This document shows positions 40,144 through 54,885 of a DNA stretch of 64,000 nt, in pieces. Origin of the DNA: Octopus vulgaris. Taxonomy: Eukaryota. Each line of letters begins with the position of its first letter. The first letter of the stretch is position 1. The notes under the pieces were generated by a model, which had not been told where the DNA came from, made no database searches, and saw only the letters and a list, made by a program, of their open reading frames with translations. The translations under genes were made by a program, and so were the position numbers. Where the stretch lies: contig OX597815.1 of assembly GCA_951406725.2 (NCBI GenBank), positions 213,404,001-213,468,000 on the forward strand, in the 5' to 3' direction.

Positions 40144-40457
40144 AACAAACGAAAGGATGTAGCACTCAGTACATAACTGCAGTTGTGTTTATCAACAAAT
40201 TGATTTAGCTTCTTATGGTCCTCAAACTTTTGTCTTCATACGTCCGGGTAACTTGTCTCTTTCCACGTTCACAAAACTTGCAGTAACAGGAGGAGCTGTC
40301 TATTTCTTTGTGTGTATGCGTGCGTGTGTGTGTGTGTGTCTGCATGCAAACGATCATACATAATACACACACACACACACACATATATCCACTATATGCA
40401 ACAGAAATAGTGTTGAATCAAAATAGCCATTTGTGCATCATACTTAATGTTAATACA

Positions 40458-40587
40458 TCTTAATAGGCGGATTTTCTGCGGTGTCCGTCCTGGGATAAAT
40501 ATCTCATATGAACGTGGCTGTGTTTAAAGGCAAAATATGTCGCAGGCAGACGAAACTCGTCTTAGCAGCGGCAGGTGACATTGCTAG
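40458..40587 (+). mobile_element. Possible short non-autonomous Helitron
   Basis: Starts with TC after A, subterminal hairpin GACGA-AAC-TCGTC, ends CTAG. Confidence 0.35.
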
Positions 40588-40639
40588 ATGTATTTCGGTC
40601 TCATGGGCTTTGTCCGTAGCGTATACATACATACATACA

Positions 40640-40670
<31 letters not shown>

Positions 40671-40749
40671 CTATCTATCTCTCTACAAAATACCAAATAT
40701 ACATATATACACGCGCGCGCGCACACACACACACACATTGATAGTGGAC

Positions 40750-41298
40750 CACAATTTGCTACCAAAAAGGGTAGGTCGACTTATACATCAAGACAACTTT
40801 GGAGGACAAACAATTACATGAAAATGCCGCAAGATTTGAAAGATAGTATCGATGTCTGAATGCTTACACCGTATGATTTCACGTTGACTTGTTCGCTGGA
40901 AAATAGGATAAGCAAGGAAAAAATAGCTACATGACATGCTTAAACCTAAGCCGACCCTCATATTCCAAGGACATTCATAGAATATGAGAAGACGGACATA
41001 AACTGTGTTTTTATATGTTATAAAACTATAAACAGTTAGTTGCTAGCAATGAAACTGGAGAAGGGTCGCCAGAATCGGCAATATGATCACATGTTTCTGC
41101 AGTTGCTATTGTTTAACAAAAACACACTGGATAAAGTCAAATTCGGAGAGAGTGGTGTCGTGATCTGTGTATTAGCGTTGGAAGGGAACATAAATTTAAT
41201 TGAAATTTATTTAAAAGTTGGTGTTAATGCTGATTGGTGATATGAGGATCAGAATATCTATTGTCTACACCTCTGGAAAATAAATGCATTATCATCAT

Positions 41299-41329
<31 letters not shown>

Positions 41330-41521
41330 AACAACAACAATAACAACAACAACAACATCAGGCTAACATTCTATCGACATGTGAATAATAAATTGTAAAC
41401 ATATCTATAAATTTATTTTAGGGCCAAAAAGAAAAAAATGATGCTCGATCTTCCGTGGCTGGAGAGATCTCTAGGCATACATACATACATGCACATATGC
41501 ACTCATACATACATATGAATG

Positions 41522-41571
<50 letters not shown>

Positions 41572-41638
41572 CATACACATATAAACTATGGATGAGCTAG
41601 GCATTGCATGCTAGAAAGCTTTTACTCGAATGTTTTAA

Positions 41639-41674
<36 letters not shown>

Positions 41675-42772
41675 GACGGTCTTTCACATATTTTACGTGA
41701 ACCAAATCCACTTACAAGGCATTGTGGGCCCAGAGCTATTGTAGAAGACGCCTGCCCAAGGTGCCGTGCAGTAGGATTGAAGACGAAACTTCGTGGTTGC
41801 AAAGCGAGCTCCTTAATCACCCAGCCATGCCCGAGCCCCGTATAAATTTTCTAAAAAAAAAAGTAAAACTGGCAGTGATTTGAGGGAGATTCACTGCATT
41901 TTTTAGCAGATCGAGTGGCTGCCTAAAAGTTCTTTTCATTGTCTCGTGATACCTTATTTCCGGCATACGAAGGAGATCGACTTATTGTTATCTCTTCGGG
42001 GTTTTGAATATCTCATCGCCAATAATGTTATGACGACGTTGGGGTGTGCACAAAGGTGTGGGAATAGTATTACCCAGCTATATATTTGGATATGGTTATC
42101 TAGAATAACCTTTCACAGAATTAATATGTTCACACCGAAGGTGCTCCGTACTACGCGAAACGTAGATACGATATTAAACTAACAAAATAATCCAATACGG
42201 AGGACGGCCAACTCCTCTCTTTATTTAGGCATAAAACCCCCAACATAGAATGGACATTACAAGGACAGACAACAGAAAACGTGGGGTACATATAACGGAT
42301 GATGTTTGTGAAATGATAGATTGAATGAAAAGATGGAATGACTTACGAGCCCCCTCCCCAAGCTCGCCGTTCCATTTTACTATTCTTTTTTTCTATGCAG
42401 TCTCTCATCATTTTATTATTCGTCCGTTATGTGTTCAATTAGATCCTCTCTCCCGATCACACCAGGCAGTTTCTCATAACGAACATATATTTGCGAAAGA
42501 ACAATTAATCCAGTAAATGATTCATACAGTCTTTCTACCTTTTCTCTCTCCAACAACACCGCTTTATTTCATTGAAATGCGCATGTCCACTTTTGGTCAC
42601 GTGGGTTGGGTCAGGATCCTTCCGCAACACTTATACACCAAGATGACTTTTGAGAACCAAGAATTCTATGCAAAATGCAGCAGGATTCGAAAAGATAGTG
42701 ACGATGTTTGAATGTTTGCGTTAAATGTTTACACTTAATACTAGGTTGACTTGTACGCCGAAAAGTACGGTA
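40750..42772 (+). mobile_element. Highly degenerate pogo/Tigger-like DNA transposon remnant, with SINE A at 41671-41835
   Basis: GGTCGACTTATAC-type subterminal motifs, right end ...GAAAAGTACGGTA, and a weak DDE_1-like C-terminal translation near 42600-42710. Confidence 0.35.
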
Positions 42773-45295
42773 ATTTGGTATTTACTGGCGAATGCTGTGG
42801 AGAAGTTATGAAAGCAATATAGCTTTAATTGCCAATTGAAACCTATTTACAACACTTATGCTAATTATATCATGTTTTAGAAAATACATGAACGTTAATT
42901 GCATTTCTCGGCTTTTGTGCCATTTGCTTCTTCGTGGTTACTCGACCTGATAGAAATAGTCGCTAAATTCCTTCAAATTTCACTCGGTATAATGTAGTAG
43001 GAAATATGCAAAAGACAGAGCATTTGCTGTGGAAACGTCTTTGATCATCTCTCTGTCCACTCAGTGCCGAGATGCAACTTAACAACAACAACAACTACAA
43101 CGACGATGCCTGTGGTGCGACGATGACGACGACGATGGTGTAGAAGAAAGTAATGTTGACAATATTCTTGCAGGGTAAGAGTAATGCATGTATTTAGATC
43201 CCGGTCAACTCTGACCTGGCAGGCCTGTGAACAAAGCCATTCCAGCCGTGATTACAACATCATACTCTCAGGCACAGAGAACCGAGGAACATATTATCCA
43301 CCGTATTCTTATTTTCGAAGACGATTGGATGTGAATTTGTGGGATATTTAGCTACTATCTCGGGAATACCTTGCGAGCATGTAGAATCTTTCTTAATGTT
43401 TCGTCCAGGCTGCTATGTCTAGCAAAGCGAGCAACCGTATAGAGGTTCCACTCTCATGTATTGTGCAATATGGTGCAAATTACTTCCAAAAAGAATTGAA
43501 ACTGGTTGCGGCTGGGCAAAACCCTGACCACTTGTTTTTTTAACAAAATATTGAATTTTGACAATATTAGTTGTTTTTGATTGGGACCAATTGCACATAA
43601 GGAAATAGGCCGTGTGGCTGCTCATGCCGTTTTTGATATTGTTAGGTTGTCTTTTGTTTTTATTTGTGTTATCTTTTTCACCATATTATTGTTACATGGA
43701 CAGTGGAATTCCACAACAGATGGTTCTATTTTGTGGTCCCAAATAATAATATCAAGTCACTTGTACTTTAATATATTTGTTATTATTTTAAGTCCCACTT
43801 ATATTATTGATCTATCAGTTTCAATGTATTCGTCCTTTAATTGGTTTTTGTTGTTATTTTAATTCCTATTTCGTTATAGATTGGTCTTGCTTCCACGTAG
43901 AGGAAAGAAGTATTATCTCGAAGACTTTTTTTTCGCATTTGGCAGTAATGTCTTCTGTTTGCATTGCGTAGCCTAATATTATTTTCTCATTTATGCATTT
44001 TGTCTTTCATGTAGAATCTACTGTCTTGGAATCTCTCGCACCTGGATTACATGTAGGTAACCTTCAAGGTGAAATATAAAATTGTCGGTGCATGTTTTAA
44101 GACTTTTAACTTACTTTAATCCCTATACAGACTGTATTTTTCGTGTCAAGTACACAGTACCATATTCTTAGTGATTATTGTCAGTTTTTATTTCATATTT
44201 CTCTTCAAGCCCTATAGCTAAGCTAATGATGTTTTCACTTCATATCTGTTAACTTGAGCAAGATAGCTGCTGAGCTCTTTTCACTGTTGAAAAAATCACC
44301 TCAGTATTACGTTTCAAATGACGTTATTGTAGACGGAAGCCTCAACCACCCATTTTTGCCCGATAGATATAATAATGTCAACATTCAGTGACACTGAGCA
44401 GCGCATGAAGGAACTTCCGGCAGCCTACCAGAAGAAATCCAACTCTGCACATGCGCGCTGAAGACTCCCAAAATGGCGTCACTACAAACTTCTTGTCTTC
44501 ACTTTCTTATGGATTCATTACACCTGATAATCTGAGCTTGTCCAAGGTAATTGTCCAAGGTAACTGTAGTCCTCCTTTGACTGTTCCATAGGCCGTTCAT
44601 TAAAAAAAAAAATTATGAAGTACAATTTTCTCTCCGTATGCATATTTAGATTTCATGAAATTTCATTCTAATTTTTGTGGAATATTGGATAATAAGATCC
44701 ACAGGTATCTCTTATAATTATTTGAATTCTTCATTTAAAGGAGGAAGTGGTTTCTAACAAAGAAACCAAAACTCTGTTGCTGGAATTCAGAAAACAATAA
44801 CGGTAAAGAATTACATCTTAAATTTTAGAATCGTTTTTCACGTTTTTATATATTCTGTTTACTGTTCCTACATGTCAAGTGTCTGTCAACTGTCCACTTT
44901 CATTGCTTAAAAGTTCCAGCTTTTCCAGATTGCCACTTGGACAGCTGCATACTTATACAAATGTAAACATACAATCTGCGCTGAGAAACTGTAGGTTTTG
45001 AAGTAGTTGTCCATAATTATTATCTGTTTCACTGATTTTGAAAGAAATGTTCAAATCTTCAGGGCAGCTGACCTCTATAACTGTCTTAAATGTCCATTTC
45101 AAATGACCTGTCATGACTGTATTTAGTGTAAGTTTTAAAGGCATATATATATATATATATATTGTATATATATATATATATATTTATGCATGCATGTATG
45201 TATGTTGTTGAGTATTTATGTATGTACTCAACAACAAATATTTTCTGTGTATATATGTATGTATGCATGCATGCGTATATGTATGTATGCATGCG

Positions 45296-45356
<61 letters not shown>

Positions 45357-45789
45357 CAACAAATATTTTCTGTGTATATATGTATGTATGCATGCATGCG
45401 TATATGTATGTATGCATGTATTATGTATGTATGTAACAACAAATATTTTCTGTATTTCTATATCTATTCCAATGTTGGCTTTCCTACGAATCGCATTGTA
45501 TATAGTTTTTGTAATAACATCACACCGCATTATATGTATTTCCTCAGTAGCAGCTATTTCAAAATGGTCAGCTGCTAATTCCATTTACAGATATTTTACA
45601 GATATGTGACATAATCGACATTTAGGAGTTTCTTCTTTGCTCTCCGGTTTAGGCGCTAATTGTCTTCTTTGTTCAATAGATATTTTGTAGATGTCATCTT
45701 GGGTTGCAAAAGCATAGTCTTTAAAATGTGACATGATTCAATGATCATGAGCCCGATCTAAACTACACTGCCTCTTGATATTGTTTCAA

Positions 45790-46640
45790 ATTGTTTACAG
45801 TTTTAGCACACGGGCAACGATTTCGAGGGAGGACGCAAGTCAATTACATCGACTCCCATTACTTGACTGATACTTATTTTACCGACCCCGAACAGATGAC
45901 AGGCAAAATCGAGTTTCAGCGGAATTTGAACTCAAAACATAAGAAACGACGCTAAGTATTCTGTCTGACGTGCTAACGATTCTGTCAGCTCACTGCTTTA
46001 CTTTCATTTAATATTGATTTCAAATTTTGGCACAAGGCCAGCAAGTTCAGGGAGCATTTAAATCGATTACATCGACTCCAGTGCATAACTGGTATTTATT
46101 TTATCGACTCCGAAAGGATGAAAGGCAAAGCTGACCTGGATGGAATTTGAACTCAGAACGTAAAGACGGACGAATATGCCGCTAAAGATTCTGCCATCTC
46201 GCCGCCTTCTACTTCCATTTAGTATTATTATTATATTTAAGGCAGCAAGCTGGCAGAATCGTTAGCACGTCCGTCCTTACGTTATGAGTTCAAATTTCGC
46301 TGAGGTCGACTTTGCCTTTCATCCTTTCGGGGTCGATAAATTAAGTACCAGTGAAACACTGGGGTCGATGTAATCGACTAGCCCCCTCTCCTCAAGCCTC
46401 AGGCCTTGTGCCCTTAGCAAACAGGATTGTTATTATCTTTAAGGCGGCGAGCTGGCAGAATCGTTAGAGGCATTTCGTTCGTCTTTGCGTTTTGAGTTCA
46501 AATTCCGCCAAGGACGACTTTACTTTCATCCTTTTGGGGTCAATAAAAACCAGTACCAATTGAGCACTGACATCAGTGTAATCGACTTAACCCCTACCGC
46601 AAAATTACTGGCCTTCTGCCAAAATTTGAAGCCAATATTG
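45790..46640. mobile_element. Four SINE family B copies, two minus then two plus (divergent inverted cluster)
   Basis: Family consensus; orientation switches at ~46210-46240. Confidence 0.82.
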
Positions 46641-46699
46641 TCATTTTCAAGTCTGCGAAAAATAAATACTCATGTAAATGTAACCATTCTAAGCATATA

Positions 46700-47700
46700 G
46701 AATATTTGCCTTCCAGGTCTTTGTAGAGATAAGCTAGTCCAGCGGTTGCGGGGGCGCAAGGAACACAATCGAAGACAGAACTTCTTGATGAGTTCGTTTC
46801 TCAGTTTTGAGTCCTGGGTTGACCTATTTATTTTTCTTGCTGTTGTTTAGAAGATTCTGTTTGAATGATTCTGTACAACACGTAAAGATCGCTTGCAGTA
46901 ACCTTGAGTAATGTACTCTGCCTTTTCTGATGAGATAAAGTCTATTGATATCACATTCATGTGGAAGCAAATACATAGTCTCCCGGTTTACTGGTCTTGT
47001 TATCTAAGAAGCATATTTTCACAATCAGCTAGACAAGTATCCCAAATTTTGGTTACCAACAGTGGTATCGAAAACATATTGTAGGATACTTTTTTGTTAT
47101 AAGAAGAGAGCTCCGGCGAAGCTATGGATAAGCTCTGGCTAAGCTCTGACTAAGTTCAGGCTAAGCTTCAGCAACAATATGTTTTAGAGTCTTGTATAAT
47201 ATCTATGTTCATATTATCTTTGCATGGTATATTTTCATGAATACCTAGAGATTTTAAGTATTCGTTGAGATCATTTACGCAATGATTTCTTATTCGGAAA
47301 GGCTTTCAAATGTACTCATTTCTTTTGGACACTTTACATCTTTATAGAAGCAGGAATGTTATCGAATTCAGCTGTTTGTCATACTTGTAAACATATCACA
47401 ATAGATCTTCCAAAAAGAAATTATTGGTTATATTCATACTTCATGTAGACCTTAAAGCATAGCTACTGAATTTTTCTGAAAGAAATAATTGGATTTAGTG
47501 CCAAAATAAATAGAAGCACCGACATACCGTCTCTTTGGAATATTCGTTCTAAAAGATTTATTACATCGGAGACATCCGCACTGTTTTCAGTTACAAAAGT
47601 AACCACTGTTGACAAAATCTTTGTGAGCCTTTCAATGGCGATAACAAGAGCAGCGGCTGCTTCTGCCAAGTGCAGTGACTTTTGAAACTTGAGAGGTAAA
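46700..47700 (-). mobile_element. Degenerate non-LTR retrotransposon RT fragment (R4/Dong-like)
   Basis: RIFQRDGMSVLLFILALNP resembles GIFQGDSLSPLLFxLALNP; a KSLGI(H)EN motif lies downstream. Confidence 0.6.
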
Positions 47701-48013
47701 TAGAATCAAATGCCTTTTTCTTTTTTAAATAAACCTATTTTATTGGCGCATTTTTATAGGTGTTATTTTTTCTTCTTGAGATAACAGTTTTATTTATCAA
47801 AAGTTTTCGCTTGTATGCTTGTGTATTTATCTGTCGAATTAGGCAAAAATGTACATCAAGTTAAAATGAAAAGAGCTTTCTAACATGTGTGTGTGTGTGT
47901 GTGTGTATTACGTATACATTATGCACGTATATATTTATATTTATATGTTTGCGTGTGTATACTTGCATGTCTATATACGTAGAGATGAGTTCATGTAAGC
48001 ATATATACCTCAT

Positions 48014-48116
<103 letters not shown>

Positions 48117-48118
48117 GC

Positions 48119-48150
<32 letters not shown>

Positions 48151-48173
48151 CTGTATATATATATGTATATATA

Positions 48174-48637
48174 CTAGCTGAATAGCCCGTCGTCAGGCAA
48201 TTTTCACAATAGAATGTCTTATATAATATTTTTTATTTATTCTATGTCAGAGCATACCTTCCCCGGGCGATAGGCCTCTTAATCAGGACAGATTTGTGCA
48301 ATTTTTCGCCAAAAAAACTTTGTAGAGGATTTTTATTTTTTAAATCATTTACACGTCTGTTCGACCGTTTCATATGACTTTATTCATTAAAACTTCAGAA
48401 GTTCTTATAACTTTGGTCGTCATAATGCTTTGTTTTGGTTTGTTTAATAAAAATTCCTCCTCCTAATGATTTTGCATTCATTTCGTGATAGACAGCTACC
48501 ATGCAGAAAATGCCAGCTTCCAAATCCTGTTTTCTAATTAGGTAAATTTGGTTAAACTTTAAACCTCAGTAAACCTGTGTGTACATTTACAAACATACAC
48601 ACAGGTAATCACGAGTTTAAAATCGTGTACAGTAGAC

Positions 48638-48677
<40 letters not shown>

Positions 48678-48711
48678 GGTATGTATGTATGTATGTATGT
48701 ATGTATGTATG

Positions 48712-48742
<31 letters not shown>

Positions 48743-48852
48743 GGTATGTATGTATGTATGTATGTGAGTGCTTCTTTTTGCGATGGACAGCAGAAAAAAG
48801 CCACCTACGCCGTCTCTCTTGAAAGCTACGTATTCCTTCACATCCGCTTTGT

Positions 48853-48905
<53 letters not shown>

Positions 48906-49200
48906 GTATCTATGTATTTAAGAAAGTATGTATGCAACGTCACGAGTATATGACAGCTATAGTAACGTTACCATCCCATTCTTAACGCTGTTCTCGCCTT
49001 CACTGATAGAAGTTACACTATTTCTCTCTGTCTCTACCTAATATGAAAGTTACAGTAACGTTACCATCCCATTCTCTGGTGTCGCCTTCACTGATAGATT
49101 TCACCACCTCTTTCTATTACTACCTCTCCGTCAGACTAATACTTTTTGCAACCTTCTCATTTTGTCATATAATTCACCTAACATCCCTGGGGATCACATT
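48174..49200 (-). mobile_element. Non-autonomous Helitron-like element
   Basis: CTAG 3' end adjoining (TA)n with GCC..GGC subterminal hairpin, the same architecture as 13993; internal ~95-bp tandem duplication at 48950-49100. Confidence 0.45.
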
Positions 49201-49585
49201 TATTGGAATCCAATTAGTCTATTACTTGAACTGGATGTTATGACTTTTATAATTTTTATTTCTTATCTTATATCGTATATGTACTGAATTATAGGATATA
49301 TTTGTATGCTATTGATGTTCTCATTTTGTTAAATGAATAAATAATCCAACATTATAATATCCGAAAGGTGTGATGAACAAACTAAATTTGTTTCTCCATT
49401 TTTTTATTTGTATTATAAATTTACGGTAAAATTATTTCTTTACCTTCACCTGTTTAATACAATAAATGAGTAAATTGCATTTCAATTAAAATGTTTATGT
49501 ATTAAGAATCTGGGTACTTTACCAACAGTATATTGGATAAACGCTATCCCATAGTGGGTTACACCCATAACCCCAATCTTACTTT

Positions 49586-50003
<418 letters not shown>

Positions 50004-50010
50004 CATATAT

Positions 50011-50175
50011 ACGACGGGCTTCTTTCAGTTTCCGTCTACCAAATCCACTCACAAGGCTTTGGTCGGCCCGAGGCTATAGTAGAAGACACTTGCTCAAAGT
50101 GCCACGCAGTGGGACTGAACCCAGAACCATGTCGTTGGTAAGCAAGCTACTTACCACACAGCCACTCCTGCGCCT
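50011..50175 (-). mobile_element. SINE family A, 5' half
   Basis: Family consensus. Confidence 0.85.
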
Positions 50176-50540
50176 AAACATCCGAATAAAAGGAACTTAA
50201 TTCTGTCTGAATTTCTTGCAAATGCTACCAGTCGCGTGAAAAGGACCTTAGAACATTACAGGTATCGATATATACAATGTGCAGACAATAGCCACTTGGT
50301 TACTCGTTGCCTGTTTCCGGTTTCAACAAGCTTTTCTTTTCACTAGCTTCACATTATTATTTTGTAGAAAGCCAAGATAGCTTTCATATAAAAGTAATAA
50401 TGCCTTATACAACGGGATGCTGTAGAACTGCTTGGTAGGTTGGCAGCGAGGGAATAACTTTGCAATCCGTTTCTTCCTTTTCCTCTTCCACTTGCTACAC
50501 GTTTCTTTACTTTTCTTGTCTTCTGTTGCCGTCTTCACAT

Positions 50541-50835
50541 AATGATGATGATGATGATAATGATGATGACCACCACCAGCACCACCAGCACCACCAGCAC
50601 CACCAGCACCAGCACCACCACCGTCACCATCATCACCAACAACGCTACCACCAGCACCAGCATCACCAGCACCACCAGCACCCCCCACCCCCACCATCAC
50701 TACCCCCCACCCCAACACTAGCATCCACACCCCACTTCAGCTTTTGCCGCCTCCACTGCCGCCGCCTCTACCAACCCTCCACCACCGCCACGACCACCGT
50801 CATCATCACCGTTGTCGCCATCGCCATCATCATCT
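50541..50835. repeat. Compound trinucleotide repeats (GAT)n/(CACCACCAG)n/(CAT)n
   Basis: Direct inspection. Confidence 0.9.
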
Positions 50836-51333
50836 TTTCGGCGAATATTTTGATCATGGGGCAAAAAAAGGAAAAAACTTCCAAACTAACCAAAAATAAA
50901 AAATTCGGAGGGGATAGATATCGATTTCTTACTTTAGGACACTAAACCACATGTAGAAATGTATGAAGTAACACATTGCTACACTAGTCACCAGTAAACT
51001 GCTTGGAGCCTATTTTAATTGTCTCTAGAAGGCTTACAGGCTGAGTAAGATGTCTGCTGTATATAAACATAGAACGCCAGGGACGCAACTACCACAAACA
51101 CATTTTACACGTCATCCTACCAAGATTTTCACTCCACTGGGCTCCATTTAAAATATATACATATGTTTTTAGCTTGTTTTTAACCTAAATAAAACTTCGT
51201 TTTGAAGCCTTATAGATAACAAATGTTGGAATCTCGCTACATTCATCTGAAAGGGCAGAGAAGGGGATAGAGGAGAGAGAGAGAGAGAGAGAGGAGAGAG
51301 GGAGAGAGGGAGAGAGAGGAGAGAGAGAGAGTG

Positions 51334-51375
<42 letters not shown>

Positions 51376-51599
51376 AAGATAATTACTATAAAAATTGAAC
51401 GTATAGGAACCGGAAGTGGTACCGAAGTGACTTTGAAGGTCAACGGGGAGTAATAAGGAAATTAAGATTTTGTGTTTTACAGCGAGTATTTGGTAACCTA
51501 GGGGTGAACGGCTTTACACATAGGAATACACAGATACACACACTTACACACACATCTGTATACATCTGTGTGCGTGTATGCATACATACAAGCATATAC

Positions 51600-52045
51600 A
51601 TACATAGACATTATTACATACTCATCTAACTACATTCGTGTGTGTGTATTCATATATGCAAATTCATGCATGCATACATACATAGATACATACATACATA
51701 AACACACATAAACACACACACATGAATACATACGTAAATACATATATATATATACATGCATGCATACATACATACACACGCATACTTGCATGCATACATG
51801 CATACATACATACATGCATGCATGCATGCATACATACAAACATATATACAAGCATGCATACATACATACACACGCATACATGCATGCATAGATACATATA
51901 TACATGCATGCATACATACATGCATACATGCATACATACATACATACATACATACATGCATACATACATACATACATACATACATACATACATACATACA
52001 TACATACATACATACATACATACATACATACATACATACATACAT
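51600..52045. repeat. (CATA)n/(CATG) degenerate microsatellite
   Basis: Direct inspection. Confidence 0.95.
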
Positions 52046-52046
52046 A

Positions 52047-52203
52047 AGCGCAGGTGTGGTTGTGTGGTAATAGTTTCCCAACCACATTTCTAGGATTAGT
52101 CACACTGTGTTGCACTGGAGTAAGTGTCTTCTACTATAGCCTCGGGCCGACCCAGGCCTTCTCAGTGGGTTTGGTAGACGGAAACTGAAAGAAGCCAGCC
52201 CGT

Positions 52204-52266
<63 letters not shown>

Positions 52267-52870
52267 TTGTCTTCACGACGTCGCTTGACAGCCGATGCTG
52301 GAGTGTTTATGTCCCTGTAACTTAGCGGTTCGGCACAGAAGGCCGATAGAATATGGTAGAATAGGGTCGATTTCTTCGACTAAGACGTTTCGAAGCAGTG
52401 CTCTAGCATGGCCTCAGAAAAATGACTGAAACAAGTAAAAGAATAAAAGAATTAATACAGGCACAGGAGTGGCTGTGTGGTAAGTAGCTTGCTAACCAAC
52501 CACATGGTTCCGGGTTCAGTCCCACTGCGTGGCATCTTGGGCAAGTGTCTTCTACTATAGCCCCGGCCGACCAATGCCTTGGGAGTGGATTTGGTAGACG
52601 GAAACTGAAAGAAGCCTGTCGTATATATGTATATATATATATGTATGTGTGTGTGTTTGTGTGTCTGTGTTTGTTCCCCTAGCATTGCTTGACAACCGAT
52701 GCTGGTGTGTTTACGTCCCCGTCACTTAGCGGTTCGGCAAAAAGAGACCGATAGAATAAGTACTGGGCTTACAAAAAAAATAAGTCCCGGGGGTCGAGTT
52801 TCTCGACTAAAGGCGGTGCTCCAGCATGGCCGCAGTCAAATGACTGAAACAAGTAAAAGAGTAAAAGAGT
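52047..52870 (+). mobile_element. Two head-to-tail full-length SINE family A copies (52047-52450, 52459-52870)
   Basis: Family consensus twice, each ending ACAAGTAAAAGA. Confidence 0.9.
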
Positions 52871-52939
52871 ATATATGTCTGTATACATTCAGATATACAT
52901 TCATGTTTCTGAATGCATGTTTACGAATACATACATACA

Positions 52940-52973
<34 letters not shown>

Positions 52974-53154
52974 CATACATACATGCACACACATATACGT
53001 GTGTATGTGCGTGTGTTTGTATGTATGTGTGTGTGTCTGCGTATTGTGGTATTGTGTTTTATTAAAGAGGTGAGTACATCGTCTGCTTCTTTTTTGGCGA
53101 TACTGAATGAAATTTCCTCAGTGAGACGCCCCGATTACTCTGTTGATACCAGAG

Positions 53155-53235
53155 CACATTGTGTCTGTGGCACATTGCACCTGTGGCACATTGCACCTGT
53201 GGCACATTGCATCTGTGGCATATTGTGTCTGTGGA
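53155..53235. repeat. Short minisatellite (CACATTGCACCTGTGG-type, 16-bp unit)
   Basis: About 5 imperfect copies. Confidence 0.85.
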
Positions 53236-53352
53236 ACTACCAGGACACATTCTAACACTGGCAATGTAGGAAATAGAAAAGCACTGATCCATTTCTCTTC
53301 CACAATATTTAGTGTATGTATGTATGATTAAGGCGGGGAGCCACTCCTGCGC

Positions 53353-53382
<30 letters not shown>

Positions 53383-53388
<6 letters not shown>

Positions 53389-53882
53389 CATCTAATGTAG
53401 GATAGAATTTTTCGAAAAAAATTCTATCAATGGCCTGCATATTAAAAAAATACCTTTAAAGGTTAAATTTATAAAGAAATTATAAGAAAGGGCAAAAGAA
53501 AAAAATTTCTAGTGCCAAAATATGCCGAAAATAGACAACGTCAATAACCATATAATTTATCCCTAACAAGCACGTATTTCGAAGAAAGCCGATAGAAACT
53601 TCTAAAAGATCTCGTTATTACTATTTCGGACCCAATTTCAGAGTTAGTTCATAAGAACCTTCCCTTCATCAGTGATAAATGCGACAAAGGATAAGTGAAA
53701 TACTTACTTATACCCATGGAAGAAGTGAACACTAAGTCATGAGCACAATTAAGTACCCCAAATATATTCATAATAGAAAGTCTCCAGCCTCGAGTCACGT
53801 GCGATTCGAACTAAAAACCCTCGTAAAATGAGAGAGTTCGGAAGTGAATACTATTAAATTAACATCTAATGTAGGATAGAAT
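53383..53882 (-). mobile_element. (TA)n-flanked non-coding element with a 26-bp terminal direct repeat and a degenerate hammerhead
   Basis: AATTAACATCTAATGTAGGATAGAAT at 53383-53408 and 53857-53882; minus-strand CTGATGA 53666-53672 and GAAA 53577-53580. Confidence 0.7.
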
Positions 53883-53883
53883 A

Positions 53884-53957
<74 letters not shown>

Positions 53958-53977
53958 ATATATATATATATATACAC

Positions 53978-54014
<37 letters not shown>

Positions 54015-54242
54015 GGTAAAGACCCCCTTCGGTCAGGCATATGGGTTTGCATGATACCTTCTGAGGCACAAGTCTAGGTTGTTTTATATATATATATATA
54101 TAGGGCCGATATGGCACCTGTGACGTCGCAACTCATTTCTACAGCTATATATATAGTGCCTTGCTCAAGAACACAACACGCAGCCCGTCCGGGATTCGAG
54201 CTCACAACCTCACGATCGTAAGCTCGACGCTCTAACCACTGA

Positions 54243-54277
<35 letters not shown>

Positions 54278-54338
54278 GTATACATATATATGTATATATA
54301 TATACGTATAAATATGCATACATAAATACACACACACA

Positions 54339-54390
<52 letters not shown>

Positions 54391-54701
54391 AGTATAAGGT
54401 GTGTTATGAGCATTTATAGAACACATATCCTATAGAAACTCAACAAACAATTAAAGATGGAGGAGAAAAAGTGCTAAAAGCTTAAAAAAGAATTTATTTC
54501 ATGCATCCGATCGTTTCGAACGGTAATATTAGCATGTAAACAATACGGTAAAAAGAAAAGAAATTAATTTAATTATAATTAAATTAATTACATTTTACTG
54601 TTCTCCTCAGTGCAAGAAAGGAATACATCAAAACATACATCTGAAAAATACTATATTTTTACAGAAGACTAGATGGAGTGAATGTCACGTAACATAATCG
54701 G

Positions 54702-54758
<57 letters not shown>

Positions 54759-54843
54759 TGGAATAGGTAAGATAGGGGTGTATCTAAGTAAACATATTGT
54801 AAAAGAAATAAATTACAGACAAATTAATGTATATATATATATA

Positions 54844-54885
<42 letters not shown>

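Noticed and set aside
41281-41293. TAAATGCATTATC resembling the 5' end of miR-277
   Set aside because: Runs into an (ATC)n repeat; no precursor hairpin
49225-49370. GGATGTTAT...ATAATATCC-GAAA, a possible hammerhead stem II
   Set aside because: No CUGANGA core recognisable
50323-50945. His/Gln-rich and Gly/Ala-rich ORFs resembling transcription-factor tails
   Set aside because: Compound trinucleotide repeat with no flanking domain or convincing splice sites
53155-53235. Regularly spaced short repeats (also 61125-61186) as a possible CRISPR-like array
   Set aside because: Head-to-tail minisatellites without unique spacers, in a eukaryotic context
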